From the NCBI RefSeq assembly GCF_009914755.1, contig NC_060927.1: a stretch of DNA of 64,000 nucleotides; one strand, 5' to 3'. A program made the position numbers and the translations under genes. The DNA comes from the human T2T-CHM13v2.0 reference genome, Homo sapiens. The notes under the pieces were generated by a model. It was not told the DNA's origin. It saw only the letters and a program-made list of their open reading frames with translations, and searched no databases. Each line of letters starts with the position of its first letter. Position 1 is the first letter of the stretch. Positions 1-15,063 of the stretch are shown here, one piece after another.

Positions 1-160
1 TATCAACCCTTTGCACATAGGCTATAATTATTTTTCTCCAGTTCATCACTTGTATTTTAACTTAACGGTGTTCCCCACTCTGCTTTCTTGTAATATAAAG
101 TTTTAATTTTTATGCATTCAGATTTGTATTTTATGTTTTTGATTTTCTTGTCATGCTTAA

Positions 161-521
<361 letters not shown>

Positions 522-3500
522 TCGTGTTTTTATTTTATTTTTGTGCCTTATTATTTGTTATTGTGATCCATGTGGAGTTAATTTGGGTGTAATGTATGAG
601 GGAGGAATCCAGCCTTTTCTACAAATGGATTAGCCTATTATCTCTTTACCATTTAATTGAACAGTTCAGTTTTCCTCACTGATTTGCATTGCTTCATATA
701 CTAACATTACCACATATTTGTATTATTTTATAGATTCTATACTACTTTGTTAACTTCTGTGTATATTTTCAGACTTATAAAAAATTGCATCAATATCACA
801 CAAAAAATTTCCATATACCCTTCATTCAGACACCACTTCCAAATGTTCTCATCTTACATAACTTTGGGCTAATTATGAATAAAGGGGTACAATGTTTCTA
901 TCTGAATGCTGAGATTTGGGAAACTTTTCACATTTTTCTTTATACTCTTTTGTTGTTTCATTTTTTAAAAAAACCCACGGAACATATTTTACTTTAAAAA
1001 AGAATAAAGTTTTTTCAATAAGCAGGTAAAAATAAAATTTGATTAACTTCCAAAAACTAGCTGGTACAGGTGGTATGCTGTAGGAGTCTGAATGAGAAAG
1101 ACAAGTATGTTTTAATGCAATAATGAGTTTTAAGTTTAGCCTAACAAGAATGTATGGGAATATAGACAGGCAGAAAAGAGACAAGCCAAGTGTTTACAGT
1201 GAGGAAAACGGCATAAGCCAAAAAACTGAAATAGGAATGAATATAACTTGTGAAGATCAAAATGAGAAAAGAGTCTAGGGGCTTAAAAAGGTGAATACTG
1301 GGGAGGAAAAAAGAGTTAAGTACATTGTGAAAGACCTTCAAATCTAAGGTAAGGAATATGAATTTTGTCCTCCAGCCAGAAAAGAAGCCAAGAAGTTATA
1401 GGCAAGGTGCAATCACTGTATTTATTAATATTTATCCAACAACTATTTACTTAGTGCCCACTATGTTCCACATACTGTTACAGTCCAGGAATAGTGACTA
1501 AAACAATAATCCTCACGAATAAAACATGCTAGTTATGTTTTATAGATTTATGGGTTTTTGTAGATTTTTGGGTTTGCTGTGGGACTAAATGGGGCAAGGT
1601 GATAAGGGAAGTGTCACTTAGGAGATAGAAGAGATAGAATTTGAGCTGAACCTTGAACATTTGAGTCAGGTAGAGAGACAGTGGGAAGGTATTTTAGAAA
1701 AGAGACAATAGGAAAGAGAAGCATTGGATGGGAGCAGATATGCTCACAAGGTGTTTGAAAGCCTATGAGGGCACCCATTTAACTGGAATAAAGGGTTTGT
1801 AGAAGAAAATGAGGTTAGCTGTGTAGACAACAGTCAAATTGCTAAGGGTCTTGAAAGCCAGATCAAAATTTTATTGCTCTACACTCTATATAAATGGACC
1901 TGTAGGCAATGAAAGCCATCAATCATTGAATTCAGAATGACCTGTAATAGCCATGTTTCAGTAAGTCAGACAGAGTAGCAGGGTGAAAAATATTGTGACA
2001 AAGAGTGGGGGTGGGATTGAAAGAGGAAGACCAAAGACTATTTAGAGCATTACTGTCATATAATCCAGACAGGTGATGAAAAGAACATGGCCTTGCAAGA
2101 CAGCTGAAGGGATGGATATGGGAGATGTTTCAAAGGCAGCATCCACGGGTCTTAATGACTACCGAGATGGCCTGGGTAAAGATGAATCAGACATATATTC
2201 AAAGCACTAACATTGCCAGGGGTAGGTGGTAAGTGGTGATGAGGGTTTGAGAGATGGGTGGGTTTAAAAAATACAAAGTTATAGAAGACTGAAAAAATGT
2301 ATATAGTCTGGTACCCATTTAATATATTGAATTATATAATAAATATCTGCTACTAGTGTTGATGGAAGGAACTATAACCTACCTATTTATAGAATGACAG
2401 CTCTCAAATAATACCTAAAAAAATCATTATATTACTTTTCATCAGATCTCCTTGAGTCATTTCTGTAGGGGAGATCTTGTGTGACAGCAAATTTAGTCTA
2501 GTGGGCCTTCAATAATAATCCACGTGACAGATTATGAAAATAAAGCCATGACATCACCAGGGCTTCCCAATTTACATAGAAATGCAAGCTTCTTGATAAC
2601 TTATATCCTATGTAAGTATCTTACTCAAAAATACTCATGACAATCTAGGGACTTTTTGTATTGAGAGACTGGGGCTTTTCCTAGTCTTCTATGGCACATA
2701 AGAATGTTGAGAACTAATTCCAGTTTCTAGGAAAGGTAAAAAATTATACAAAATAAGAAATGCATGAAGCCCATACTCTATGCCAGCACAATGTCAGGTA
2801 CTGTCCACAGGTTAGGTTATAATAATCTCAAAACAAGACTGGGTAGAATTATTTGTGCCCCATCCCCAGATAAGAAAGCAGAGTCATAGAAGTTAATTAA
2901 CTTGCTATGGTCATGTGGCGAGTGACACAGAGTCAGGAATTCATCTCGGGCTGCTATTTCTGCCATTGAATCTACCTTGAAGGTATGGACTCAGATCTGG
3001 AAGGGACCTTGAAAAGTCCTTGCTTCCTACTTTTTGCTAGGCCCACAATGAAACCAAGAAGAAAATAAAGATCTCTCTTATTTCAAAAGTGGGTTGAAAA
3101 GCTACACTGAAGATCAAGCAAAACTGTCTTTTACACCCAGCAAGAAGTGCCATTTGAGCCTCCACTGAGCAGTGAGAAGCAGAGCTTTTTTCTCTAGCCC
3201 ACATTTCCTATTCACCTCCAGATGTAAAACTGATGGGGGTGGTAAGGGTTAGTTACCACAGAAATAAAAGCATTTACTCAGTCATAATGTGTCCCATCAC
3301 ACTCAAACATGTGGCATTTTAATTTCTCCTGTGAAATACCAACCATAGACTTCTCTCATAACACAGATAGGAGGCCTAACACTCAACTGTTTTAGGAAAG
3401 CAGAGGAAAAAAACATTCTCCTTAAGCAGGAATCAAAAATTAATGGCAACTGATAGGGCAAGCTGTACATAGAACAGTTTTTTCTCCTAGATTACTCAGT

Positions 3501-4785
3501 AAGAATATTTTATCTAAAAGAAAAATATAAAACATATGTAAAATTAAAAAAATTAAAGTATTTAAGATATTAACCAAAAAAGATCCATCTTCTTCCTCTC
3601 TTTGATTACAATACTGCAGTTTTGCCTAGATGAAACTCTAAACTAAATCTGAAATGACATTTTTACTCTAAGACCATATTTTTACTTCCTTTCAGCATTT
3701 GCCTTTTAAGCTAAAAAGTCTCTCATTCTTACTTGGTATAATGAATTTCTTGCTAAGTAATTAAAAACCAATTGTGTTTAAACCTTTTGAGATACTTGGT
3801 TTTACACTGTGTAACTCAGGATTTGGTTTCCAAAACCTCAAATTTAGCATCTCAAGGAAGAATAGTATCTATGGCATGTATGAAAAAATGTTTTGAAATG
3901 AAGTGATGGGCATTTAAAAATAGAATTCAGAGAGTGCACAGCTCCCTCTCCTCTTTTTTTCACTGCGGGAGGAGAATGACACATCTGCATTATGCTGCCA
4001 GAAGGCTGTTGCCGTGATTCTGTTGAGTTTCACAAGGGTGAAGGGAGATACAAAGACTACTCATAATTACGGCATAGCCACTGTGAACATGCAAGCAGTG
4101 CCCAACTGACATATGCAAATTAGAAATGGAAATGACTAGCACACCTTGCTACCACCTCATCACTAGAGTCTTCCTTTCCTGCTCCCACTCCCTACAGCGC
4201 TGAATATTCTACTATACTTCTAAACATCACAGTCCCAGCCCAACTGTCAGAACTTTAATTCGGCACCAGTGTCCTTTCTCATGGCCACTCTTAGGGTAGC
4301 TTTGGCTAAATTTCAGATTTCAAGAACACTCAGGAATCAGAGGGACATAAAGAACGTGGAATTCTGTGGATTAGCCTTGAAGCCTAATATCCATTCGTAA
4401 TGCTTTCCTTCTAAGAAAAGCTATCTGAAAATTCAAGTAATTAAATTACAAATGAAATGGTGGAAGATGAAGCAATGCCTCACTAATTGCAGTTGTTGGC
4501 AAAATCATAATTGGGGTAAGGGAATTAGAGGGGAAAATCACACAGAATGACTTTAAATATATTTTTTAAACCTCAAATAAATGTTCTGAAAAGCAACTCA
4601 TTCCAAAACAAACCAATGTCATTGTTATAAGCATTCATCATCAGTAGGAGGAACATATCTTTTTCAGTGTTCATGAAACTACTGCTGTGTCATGATCCAC
4701 TTAGGCAGACATTTAAAATTTAGTCAATGGGCAGATGGTATCTCTTTACAAATTCTTCAAGTTAGCAGTTACAGGCTTCAACTAT

Positions 4786-5141
4786 GCTGTGGTAATTAGG
4801 AAGATGGGTCACCAGGACCTCTTTCAAGGAAGATCTTGCTGCTGAGCTTCAGAGAATGTGGCCAGCAGACAGTCTCCTGCTGTCAGCTTCCGCAGAGAGC
4901 CATTTCACCTGGAGTATGCCCTTCCCAGGGCAACTGGCCTCCAGGGGGTGAGCTAAGCAGGCAACACTTGACTCTACCAGGTTGGCCAATCTTTGTCAGG
5001 CCCGTATCACAGCATGACTTCTCCCTCTGCCCAATCCTGCTTTCCTCTCTCTTCCTTTCACATGTGTCTATTTCTAATAAACATCTTGCACTCCAAACTG
5101 TCTCAGTGTTTGCATCCAGAGAACACAACCTGCTTATGACA
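4786..5141 (+). mobile_element. Old ERVL-class solo LTR (LTR16-like)
   Basis: TG...CA ends; AATAAA followed by a 3' end typical of the LTR16 group (ctcagtgtttgcatccagagaacacaacct). Confidence 0.6.
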
Positions 5142-7260
5142 TGTCTTTTTCATTTGCATTCTCACTTCATTTTACTGCAAATCTCAGGAATATGCTTGTG
5201 TAGGTACAACTCTTGGGATTATCATGATACTTAAAGAGCATGCTTCTCAAGGTCTAGACTTCACTTTATTTAATGAAAGGAAGGAATATAGGTAATTTCT
5301 CCCTGCATTAGCCCACATGGTACACAGAAGAGGATATGATTATTGTCAGTAAGTTCTTTTCTCTATGAAAATTGCCTATGAAACCATAAGTACAAAAATA
5401 GCACATATTCAGGCATGTATTCATACAATATTATTGATTATTGAGCAACTCCTACATACAAGACACTGGTGAAAAAAGCAGTGAAAAAGCTCCTGCTCCA
5501 GTGGAGTTTGCATTCCAGTGGTTGCGACAGAAAAAATAAATCAGTAATTAATAAATATAATGCAATACCAGGGTCTGTGAGGAAAAATAAAGTAGGGTGG
5601 GTGAGAGGACAGAGAATGATTGGAGAAGCATCTTATTGTTTTAAAACCATAGACAGGGAGAAAATGCGGCAATCCACACACGGCTGGGCTTGCACAGTCA
5701 CATATACATTTAGAAAGTCACTTTCCTTGACAGTATGTATTGTTTTTGTTCTAGTGAAGAATTCATCATGCTCAACTTTCCTAAAATAATATTTCCTCTG
5801 CATTGTGAGTCCACCTGCTGCATGAGACATAAAATCTTAAATCTATGATACTAACCTATATAGCAATTTTGTCTTGGGGAAAGAGCAGCCCAAACCATCA
5901 TAAGCTGTAGTCAGACACAGCTGTCTCAGGCAGATGGCTTTAGTGGGCAATATCATGAGCTTGCCAGGTTTTTTAAAATATGAAAGGGTTTTCTGCCTCA
6001 TTAGTACTCCATGGTTGACCATCCACAAACACCTGGTGTTCACTCTTCTTCCTCTTGTGGAAATACAACTATACATAGTCTTAGCTCTAAAGGAGTTATG
6101 TTATATAATTTTTGTCCAAAGAATCTAATACTTAGATAATTTACAAAAACACCATTTGGAAAAACCCTTCCTCATGTAGTTTGCGATGAAAAATTGAAAT
6201 CAGGACCAATAAGGAATTGGTGTACTGGCAGAAGCAAATTAATTTACTTTGCTCCTTCTCAGTACTCAAACTACTTTGTCCAGAAGGAATCCCAGGTGGC
6301 CTTCACAGTTCTCTGTTTACACCATCAATATAAGAATGAATAACACAAACAACAGTTTCTTTCCAAGAATAACTGTGTGCATCTCTACTTTTATTTTTCT
6401 TCTCACATTTGAGGAGCACTCGGTCATCATCATCTCCAACACACACATTAAGTAAACACCAACATTACTAATTACAACTTGCTAAAGGCAGGAATCAAAA
6501 CATATCTACACCTTGTTCAACTCTTGTTATGAGGTAAAGCGGAAAAAGCAATAGACTTGGAGTTTGGAGAAGCAGTTTAAATTCAGGTACTGTGACTTAT
6601 TAGCTTCTTAAAAGATTAAACTGTCCCAAGGTTATAAATTTCAGTGTTTATATTTGTAAAATGGAGATAACATCTACCCAAATACTTTACAAGGTCAGTA
6701 AAGAAATGTGTTTTAAAGTACTTGAAAACTACAAAACGATCTGCAAATGTAAGGTATTGATATAACTGGAGTTTAGATTTAAATTTTAACATATTATTCT
6801 GATATATTTTCAATTGATCAATAAAAAATACCTTCATTCATTTAAGAGGTTTTTATTCAGTACCTTCTGTGTTACACTATGGGGAATATTAAAAAGGATA
6901 GCTATCTCCGTTATCAAGGAGCTTACAAATCAGATTTCAGACGGGGAAATATGGAGGAAAGATGTGGTTTTGGTTTTTGCCAGTGCTGAGTACTTTCTAT
7001 GTGACAGATATTATTATAGTGTTTTACATGTAGTAACTCCTTTAATTTTCAAAAACCCTATGACAAAGGTAAAGGTAATATTTTTATCTCATTTACAGCT
7101 TAAGAAGATGAGGCACAAGAAGTTTGGAAACTTGCCCAAATCTGGAATCCTAGTAAGTATTAGAGTAAAGTCACACACTGAGGCAAGTTGACCACAACGT
7201 TATATTACATCTCAAGTTGGGCAGAAAACACAGACACATATATGCATCATTAATAATAAC

Positions 7261-7346
7261 TAATGAGGATTAATAACACTAAGGCATCAATGAGGATTAA
7301 TAATACTAAGGCAGTATTGATGCCTTAGTATTATTAATCCTCATTA
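7261..7346. repeat. Tandem duplication plus inverted copy (25-bp perfect hairpin)
   Basis: 7289-7313 is the exact reverse complement of 7321-7345 with a 7-nt loop; 7261-7286 is a direct copy of the same unit with one mismatch. Confidence 0.9.
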
Positions 7347-7521
7347 TTATAAATACAAAGATCATCCTGGGGAGGGGTAGTCAAGGAAATCTTCATGATA
7401 TGAAACCAAAACTAGATCCAAACTTGTCTTGAGGATTCAGATAAGAAAAATTAAATAAAGGACTAATAGAGCATTACTTTCCATATGTACTTTTTGAGGG
7501 TACAATAGGTATATATCCTTG

Positions 7522-7912
7522 ATTAATATATAACATATTATATAATATATAAAATATTATAACATATTATATAATATACAAAATATTATAGCATATTATA
7601 TATTATTTATATATTATTTAATTTAACATATATTTATATAACATATTTATTATATATTAATATATTTATAATACATAATTATATATTAATATATATTATT
7701 TATAATATATAAATATATTAGTTTATAATATATAAATATATTATATATTTATATATAATATATAATATATTTATATGTTATATATTACTTATATATAATA
7801 TATTGTATATTATTTATAATATATATTATATATTATTTATATATAATAATATATTATATATAAATAATATATATTGATATATAATATATATGGTGAATGT
7901 AAAAATATATAT
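7522..7912. repeat. AT-rich low-complexity / degenerate (TA)n tract
   Basis: About 390 bp almost entirely A/T. Confidence 0.95.
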
Positions 7913-8406
7913 CTGAAATATCTCATTGTATATGTACTTTTATAGATTAGATTTATTTCATAATTAAAACAGACTTAAAGCAATGTCTGATTACTTATTC
8001 ATATACCTACCAGTCTTAATCCATTTTATTTAAAGAGCTACAATTTAAATATTTTCCTATAATCAAGATCATTAAATCTTGGCCTATTAAAATGGAAAAT
8101 AACTTGAAATAGAATATTTGATGTCTTTTCATAATAAAATATGTCACCAGGCAAATTATTTTCAGTCTGCATGAGTAGCACTATGTCAATTTTCCATAAT
8201 ACAGACAGGAGGCTGCCTCACTCACTCCTCTGGATTTTTATATTTGCTATAATTATAACATTTTATATATAGGAAAGCAATTTTGAGAGCTACTTTTGAA
8301 ACAGCATACAAAACAATGGCCAACAACGGTTTCTACTCATTTAAATTTCCAGCAGAACATGTACATTGATTGCTTGTTGGTCCTGCATGTATCTGATGAA
8401 ACTTAC

Positions 8407-8475
8407 CAAGTGATATGTCTGGGCCTTTAAAACGTTGAGATCAATAAAGTTTTCTTCATTATCTGTCTCTTCTTC
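8407..8475 (-). CDS. IFT57: IFT57 coding exon 5 (69 nt); the gene continues beyond the left edge of the window
   Basis: Acceptor ttttctaag|, donor |GTAAGT; EEETDNEENFIDLNVLKAQTYHL; cumulative CDS 654 nt. Confidence 0.95.
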
Positions 8476-9429
8476 CTTAGAAAATAAATTTTTAAAAAAT
8501 TATTAAAAATTATAATTAAAAAATATATTTCCAGTTTCCACCTATATGCTATACTAAGCTATATTAAGCTTGATATAAAGACTAGTGTAGAAAAGGGTAT
8601 TTAAAAGCCTAGTGAACATGTGCATAAAGTAGGGCACAATATTATTAACAGTTCATCTGTTTTTTGAGGTTTTGATGGTACTACTACTTAAATAGAACCA
8701 TTTTTGTAGTCAATAAAGAAAGGAAAAAAACTGGGGGAGGGAAAGGAAGGGAGCCATTGCTATAGAACTACAGATAAATATAAAAACAGGGCAAGAAACA
8801 AACCCAAGTGGCTGGCATATTTGGTATAAATAGAGGGAATTAATGGATATTTTTGAGCAATATAACTGAAATGGACAAAAATGAGAGGCTGACAGAGAAT
8901 ATTCTCACTTTCTCTGACCAATCACATTGATACATATTTTTGACATCTCATCTCTGGTATGTTCAAGCTTGATAAAATAATGGTTACCAGTACTGGTTGG
9001 TCCATGGTACTTAAATCTATTAAAAAGGGTAGTATAGGTGGATGCCGAGCTAATCCTAATCTGCAGACCAATTGGAAGTAGAGGGCAGGGGTAGAAAGTG
9101 ACCCTTTGAGAGCCAACTCCCTCCCCAATATGCAGTAAATATGGAGTCTGAGCAGGTTCTATGAGCATGTAGGACAAAACATGAGCTCCTCTTTTCTTCA
9201 TATGTCTTTGTGGTGACAAGTGCCATAGTAAGTAACAAAAATTTAACAAGGATATTTCAACCTTAAGGACATGATAATAAAGCCAATGGAACTGGGTCCT
9301 CAAGTCATGATTTTATAAGGAAAAAAGAGAATGTCAGTTGGTGAACACTTCCATATGTAGAACTATACAAAGCTGTAGTAGATTTCAAAGATAATTCTTA
9401 ACTTCAACAATTTATAAATATGTAAGATA

Positions 9430-9540
9430 CTGGTTCTCCAAGTATGGTTCTGAGAGCAGCAGTATCAGCATCACCTAGGTACTCCTTAGAATGCAAATTC
9501 TAAGGCTCTATCCCATATCTCCTCAGAAACTATGGGGGTT
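9430..9540. mobile_element. MER5-type hAT relic interrupted by AluY
   Basis: tggttctccaagt...agcagtatcagcatcacct...atgcaaattct motif. Confidence 0.7.
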
Positions 9541-9862
<322 letters not shown>

Positions 9863-10279
9863 CTAAGGTAAGCTATGAGAACTATGCTAAACCTTGGAAA
9901 ACCAGAAAGATTTTAGTAAAATAGGAAACAACATAAATGTAGATTCTATACACTCAAGTGACATTTACTTTTTTTAGAGTGGGGTAGTAGGACAGAAGTG
10001 CAGACAAAAGTGATCACTTTATATCTTAAAACTGAAGCAGAGGTATACACTTTTGTCAAATGGCTTAGTCTAGTCTATGTTTGCACTAGTAAGAGTCTAC
10101 TTAACAACCAGAGTAAATGATTCAAATGTCAATGACTCAATGCTCATGGGAGAAGAGACAAGTTTCTAATGCTTTTACAATAACCTGATCAGTACTGTTT
10201 ACATAAGCAATCAATAGATACTTCTTAAACTATACTGGACTGAACACCAATAGGTAAAAAGCTTTAATAGTAGTTACTA

Positions 10280-11262
10280 GAATGAATCAGCAACCAATAT
10301 ATGGTGCTGTTTCTCCTACAGCCAGGATTTACAGGTCCAGGAATCAAGGGGTGGAAATGGAGTGGAACCACTTGCTATTACCCCTAGTAGCCCACTAGCA
10401 AAATTCTTGCTTCCTGTTCCCATGACCTTATGCTTTGCTGGCCTAGAGGTCTTAGTTCCAAAAGGAAGAATTCTTCAACCAGAAGATACAACAATGATTT
10501 GATTGAACAGAAATTAAGACTGCTACCTGGCCACTTTGGGCTCCTCATACCTCTGAATCAACATGGCAAAGAAGGCAATTACTGTACTGGCTGGCATGAT
10601 TGATCCTATTAACAGGACACTGGACTACTCCAAAATGGAAGGAAGAGTATTCTAAAATACAGGAGATCCTTTAAGGCATGGTATTACCATGGCCTGTGAC
10701 TAAAAATCAACAGAAAACTACAACAACCAAATCCAGGCAGGTCTACTTAATGGCCCAGACACTTCAGGAATAAAGGTCTGAGTCACCCCACCAGGTAAAG
10801 AACTGAAACCAGCTGAGGTGCTTACTGAAGGCAAGGGGAATACAGAATAGGTAGTGAAAGATGGTAGTTATAAACACAAACTACAAGCATGTGACCAGTT
10901 ACAGAAATGAGAATTGTGATTGTTATGAATATTTCCTAATTGTTATGAATATATTCGTATGTATTTTTGTTTTCTTTACTCTTATTCCCTTATCATGTAA
11001 CATAGATGTACTGACTTTATATCACAGTATTTAAGTATTATTACTTTTAATATTATAATATTTAAGTGATATCAGGGAGAAGAGTAAATATCACTTATGG
11101 ACTTTATCTCCTCTTGTGGAGAAGGAATTAGAGCAACATCTGTTGTATGCAGAGCAGTTACATTCTATTAGATGAAATTATAACCATGCTATGTATGGTC
11201 TTTATTTGAAGATTATGGTTTAAGAAGATGTACATGGATGGTAAGTTGACAAGGGGTCGACT
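10280..11262 (+). mobile_element. ERVL internal 3' fragment (end of pol / dUTPase relic)
   Basis: Degenerate LLPGHFGLLIPLNQ...VLAGMIDP dUTPase-like peptides near 10520-10610; purine tract aagggg directly before the LTR. Confidence 0.8.
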
Positions 11263-11760
11263 TTTGATGGTAAATTTTATGTGTCAATTTGACTGAGCCA
11301 CAAGGTGCCTTGGTGTTGGTTAAACATTATTCAGAGTGTGTCTATGAGGGTGTTTCTGGATGCGAAAAATAATTGAATCAGTAGACTGAGTAAAGCAGGT
11401 TGCTATCACCAATGCGGATGGGCTTTATTCAATCCACTGAAGGGCTGAATAGAACAAAAAAGCTGAGAAAGAGAATGTATTATCTTTGTCTCATTGTCAC
11501 TAAAGACATTAGTCTTCTCTTGCCTTCTGACTCAGACTGAAACAAACTATCAGCTCAGCTCTCCTGGTCCTCAGGCCTTCAGACTCAAACTGGGACTACC
11601 ATCAGCTCTTCTGGGTCTCCGGCTTGATAGCTGTGGATCTTGGGACTTCTCAGCCTCCAGAACCATGTAAGCCAATTCCTTAGTCTTTTTCTATATGTGT
11701 GTGTGTGTGTGTGTGTACCTCCTATTGGTTCTATTCCTCTGAAGAACTCAAACTAATTCA
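11263..11760 (+). mobile_element. MLT2 LTR (3' LTR of the ERVL relic)
   Basis: Begins gatggtaaattttatgtgtcaatttgactg and ends ctattggttctattcctctgaagaactcaaactaattca; internal (TG)n. Confidence 0.88.
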
Positions 11761-12096
11761 TAGAAAAAGGATTAAGTTACTAAGTATTAAGAGAGCATTC
11801 AAGAGGAATTCAAATGTAAACAGGCTTAGAAAATTGTTTTGTAAACTATTAGAATACAATAGGATTCTAATCTCAGTAATTCAGAAGGCACTCAAAAATT
11901 TCCTACTATTTGTCTAATATGCCTTCTTAATTCTGACTGCCAATTACTATGGATATGATTACATACAATAGGCGGGAATATTTTGTGTTATGACCCCAAC
12001 ATATTTATAAAAATAATTATTAATGTGTCCTAACTTGATATGGGCAGTTCAAAATTAAAAGTTTCTAGTTTCTAGATGATTATAGCAGAACTTTGA

Positions 12097-12546
<450 letters not shown>

Positions 12547-13769
12547 TAATATGATGACAATAAAGAAGAAAAGAAATTCAAGAGACTTGATGCAAGGGAA
12601 TGAATAGCCTCAGGGCCAACCCCTTTGAGGAAGGCCTTCAGTTTGCTCTTATGATAGTAGAAGGTCTTTACCTCATGGCTGGGAAGAAATGTGTGAAGAG
12701 GCTGCTTTCCAGTATATTTCTCTAAATTCACACCCCCAATAATGGTGCCTTGAAATTTAAAGGGTTCCTAGCTTTAAAATGAGCTATAGTTTCTAAATGT
12801 TATACAACGATGTGCCGATAGTTTGATTTTATGGTCAAATATTTAATGAGTATGTACTATGCACCAGGCCCTGCACAATAAGCTGGAGACACAACAATAA
12901 GAAAAATTACACATGGTTTCTGCGCTTGCAGATATTTTTCTCCTGACTAGTGGGTTTGTTTTTTATTCCTCAGACTAGCAGTTCTTAGTTATATGCCTTT
13001 GAAGTTAAATGTTAATGTACTAGAACCAGGTATCTGTTCATAAACTATTCATAACTATTAAATAGTTATTAAGACGACAAGATGAGGGAATAAATAAGGT
13101 GAACAACTAGGAATATATGAGTACTTAATTTCTGAGCTTGAACTGAAAGATCTGTTACACAAAGAATAAAGCCTAAACTACTTTTCATGCCCAAAACAAT
13201 CTGAACTTGGTCTATCTTCCCAGTTAATCTTATGCCACCCTCCCCCTCACTTAGGAGCTCTGGCCCCAGTAGTTTTCTCTAAGTTCCTTGATCATGCTAA
13301 GTTTCTTTCTGCCTTCAAAGCTTTGGCACATGCTACACAGTCAGGGCCTTGGCCACTGCCTGCTACATAACAAGTGCTCAATAAGTATATGCAGAATGAA
13401 TGAATATATCTTTGTCTTGACCTTTAAAATCCATCACATTAAAAAATATCTTTTAAACTGATAAGTTTTACAATGGTCTTTTTCCTTCTGTAAATGACAG
13501 TCATCTTTTTTAACATATATTAAATAATGTTTATTTACATTGCTGTTAAAAATACATGTTGAAAACCTTAAAAATACAAAGCATAGAAAACAATCATCCA
13601 TAATTCTCCTACCCATAATTAATGCTAATATATTTATTTTTAACGTATTTTACATAGTTAATGTTATATCAACATAAAATTTGGAATCATCTCAGTTAAT
13701 TTTATAGCATATAGTATAAGTTACATTCCCATGTCAGTAACTTTGTATTTTTCTTTGTAAACTTTGTAA

Positions 13770-14155
<386 letters not shown>

Positions 14156-14169
14156 ACAATTTTCAATGG

Positions 14170-14430
14170 TGATATAGTTTGGATATATGTCCCCTCCTCT
14201 GTCTCTGGTCCTTCTCCCCTCCTCTGCTTCTTCTCTGGCCATGTGAGGTGCCTGCTCCCACTTTGTCTTACCATGATTGTAAGCTTCCTGAGGCCCTCAC
14301 CAGAAGCAGATGCTGGTGCTACACTTCTTGTATGGTCTGCAAAACTGTGAGCCAAAATAAACTTCTTTTCTTTATAACTTACCCAGCGCCTCAAGTATTC
14401 CTTTACAGCAACACAAAATGGACTAATACA
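14170..14430 (+). mobile_element. MST (MaLR) solo LTR, internally deleted
   Basis: tgatatagtttgg...ggactaataca flanked by a perfect 5-bp TSD aatgg; only 261 bp. Confidence 0.88.
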
Positions 14431-14640
14431 AATGGCTATATAATACTCTATTCAGATAGCATCTAATCTATTTAATAGTTATTTTTCAGCATTTGCTATT
14501 AAAATTATGCATATACTAACTTAAATACTATACTATACTAACCTCAATGCCAAACTTCAATTACTTACTTATTTTAAACTAATTATCTATTGATTTTAAA
14601 AATCACCTAAAATTTTTAATTGGTTTATGACAGCAAAATA

Positions 14641-15063
14641 TAGTTGACCCTTGAACAACACGGGTTTGAACTGCATGGGTCCACTTAAATACAAATTTTC
14701 TTTCATTTCTGCCACCCCTGAGACAACAAGACCAACCCTTCCTCTTGCTCTTCTTCCTTAGGCTACTCAATATGAAGACAGGGAAGATACTTTTATGATT
14801 ATCTACTTCCACTTAATAGTATGTATGTTTTCTCTCCCTTATGGCTTGCTTAGTAACATTTTCTTTTCTCTAGCTTACTTTTAGTGTAAGAATACAGTAT
14901 ATAATACATAGACAAAATATGTGTTAACTCTTTATGTTATTGGTAAGGCTTCAAGTCAACAGTAGGCTATTAGTAAAGTTTTTGGGAGTCCAGAGTTATA
15001 TGTGGATATTCAACTGTGTGGGGGCCGATGCCCATAACCCCCACATTGCTCAAGGGTCAGCTG
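14641..15063. mobile_element. Tigger2a-like non-autonomous DNA transposon
   Basis: TIRs (t)agttgacccttgaacaa / ttgctcaagggtcagctg with TA target dinucleotides on both sides. Confidence 0.88.

Noticed and set aside
8905-9303. 132-aa minus-strand ORF in intron 4
   Set aside because: Non-ATG start, no recognisable domain, no convincing splice sites
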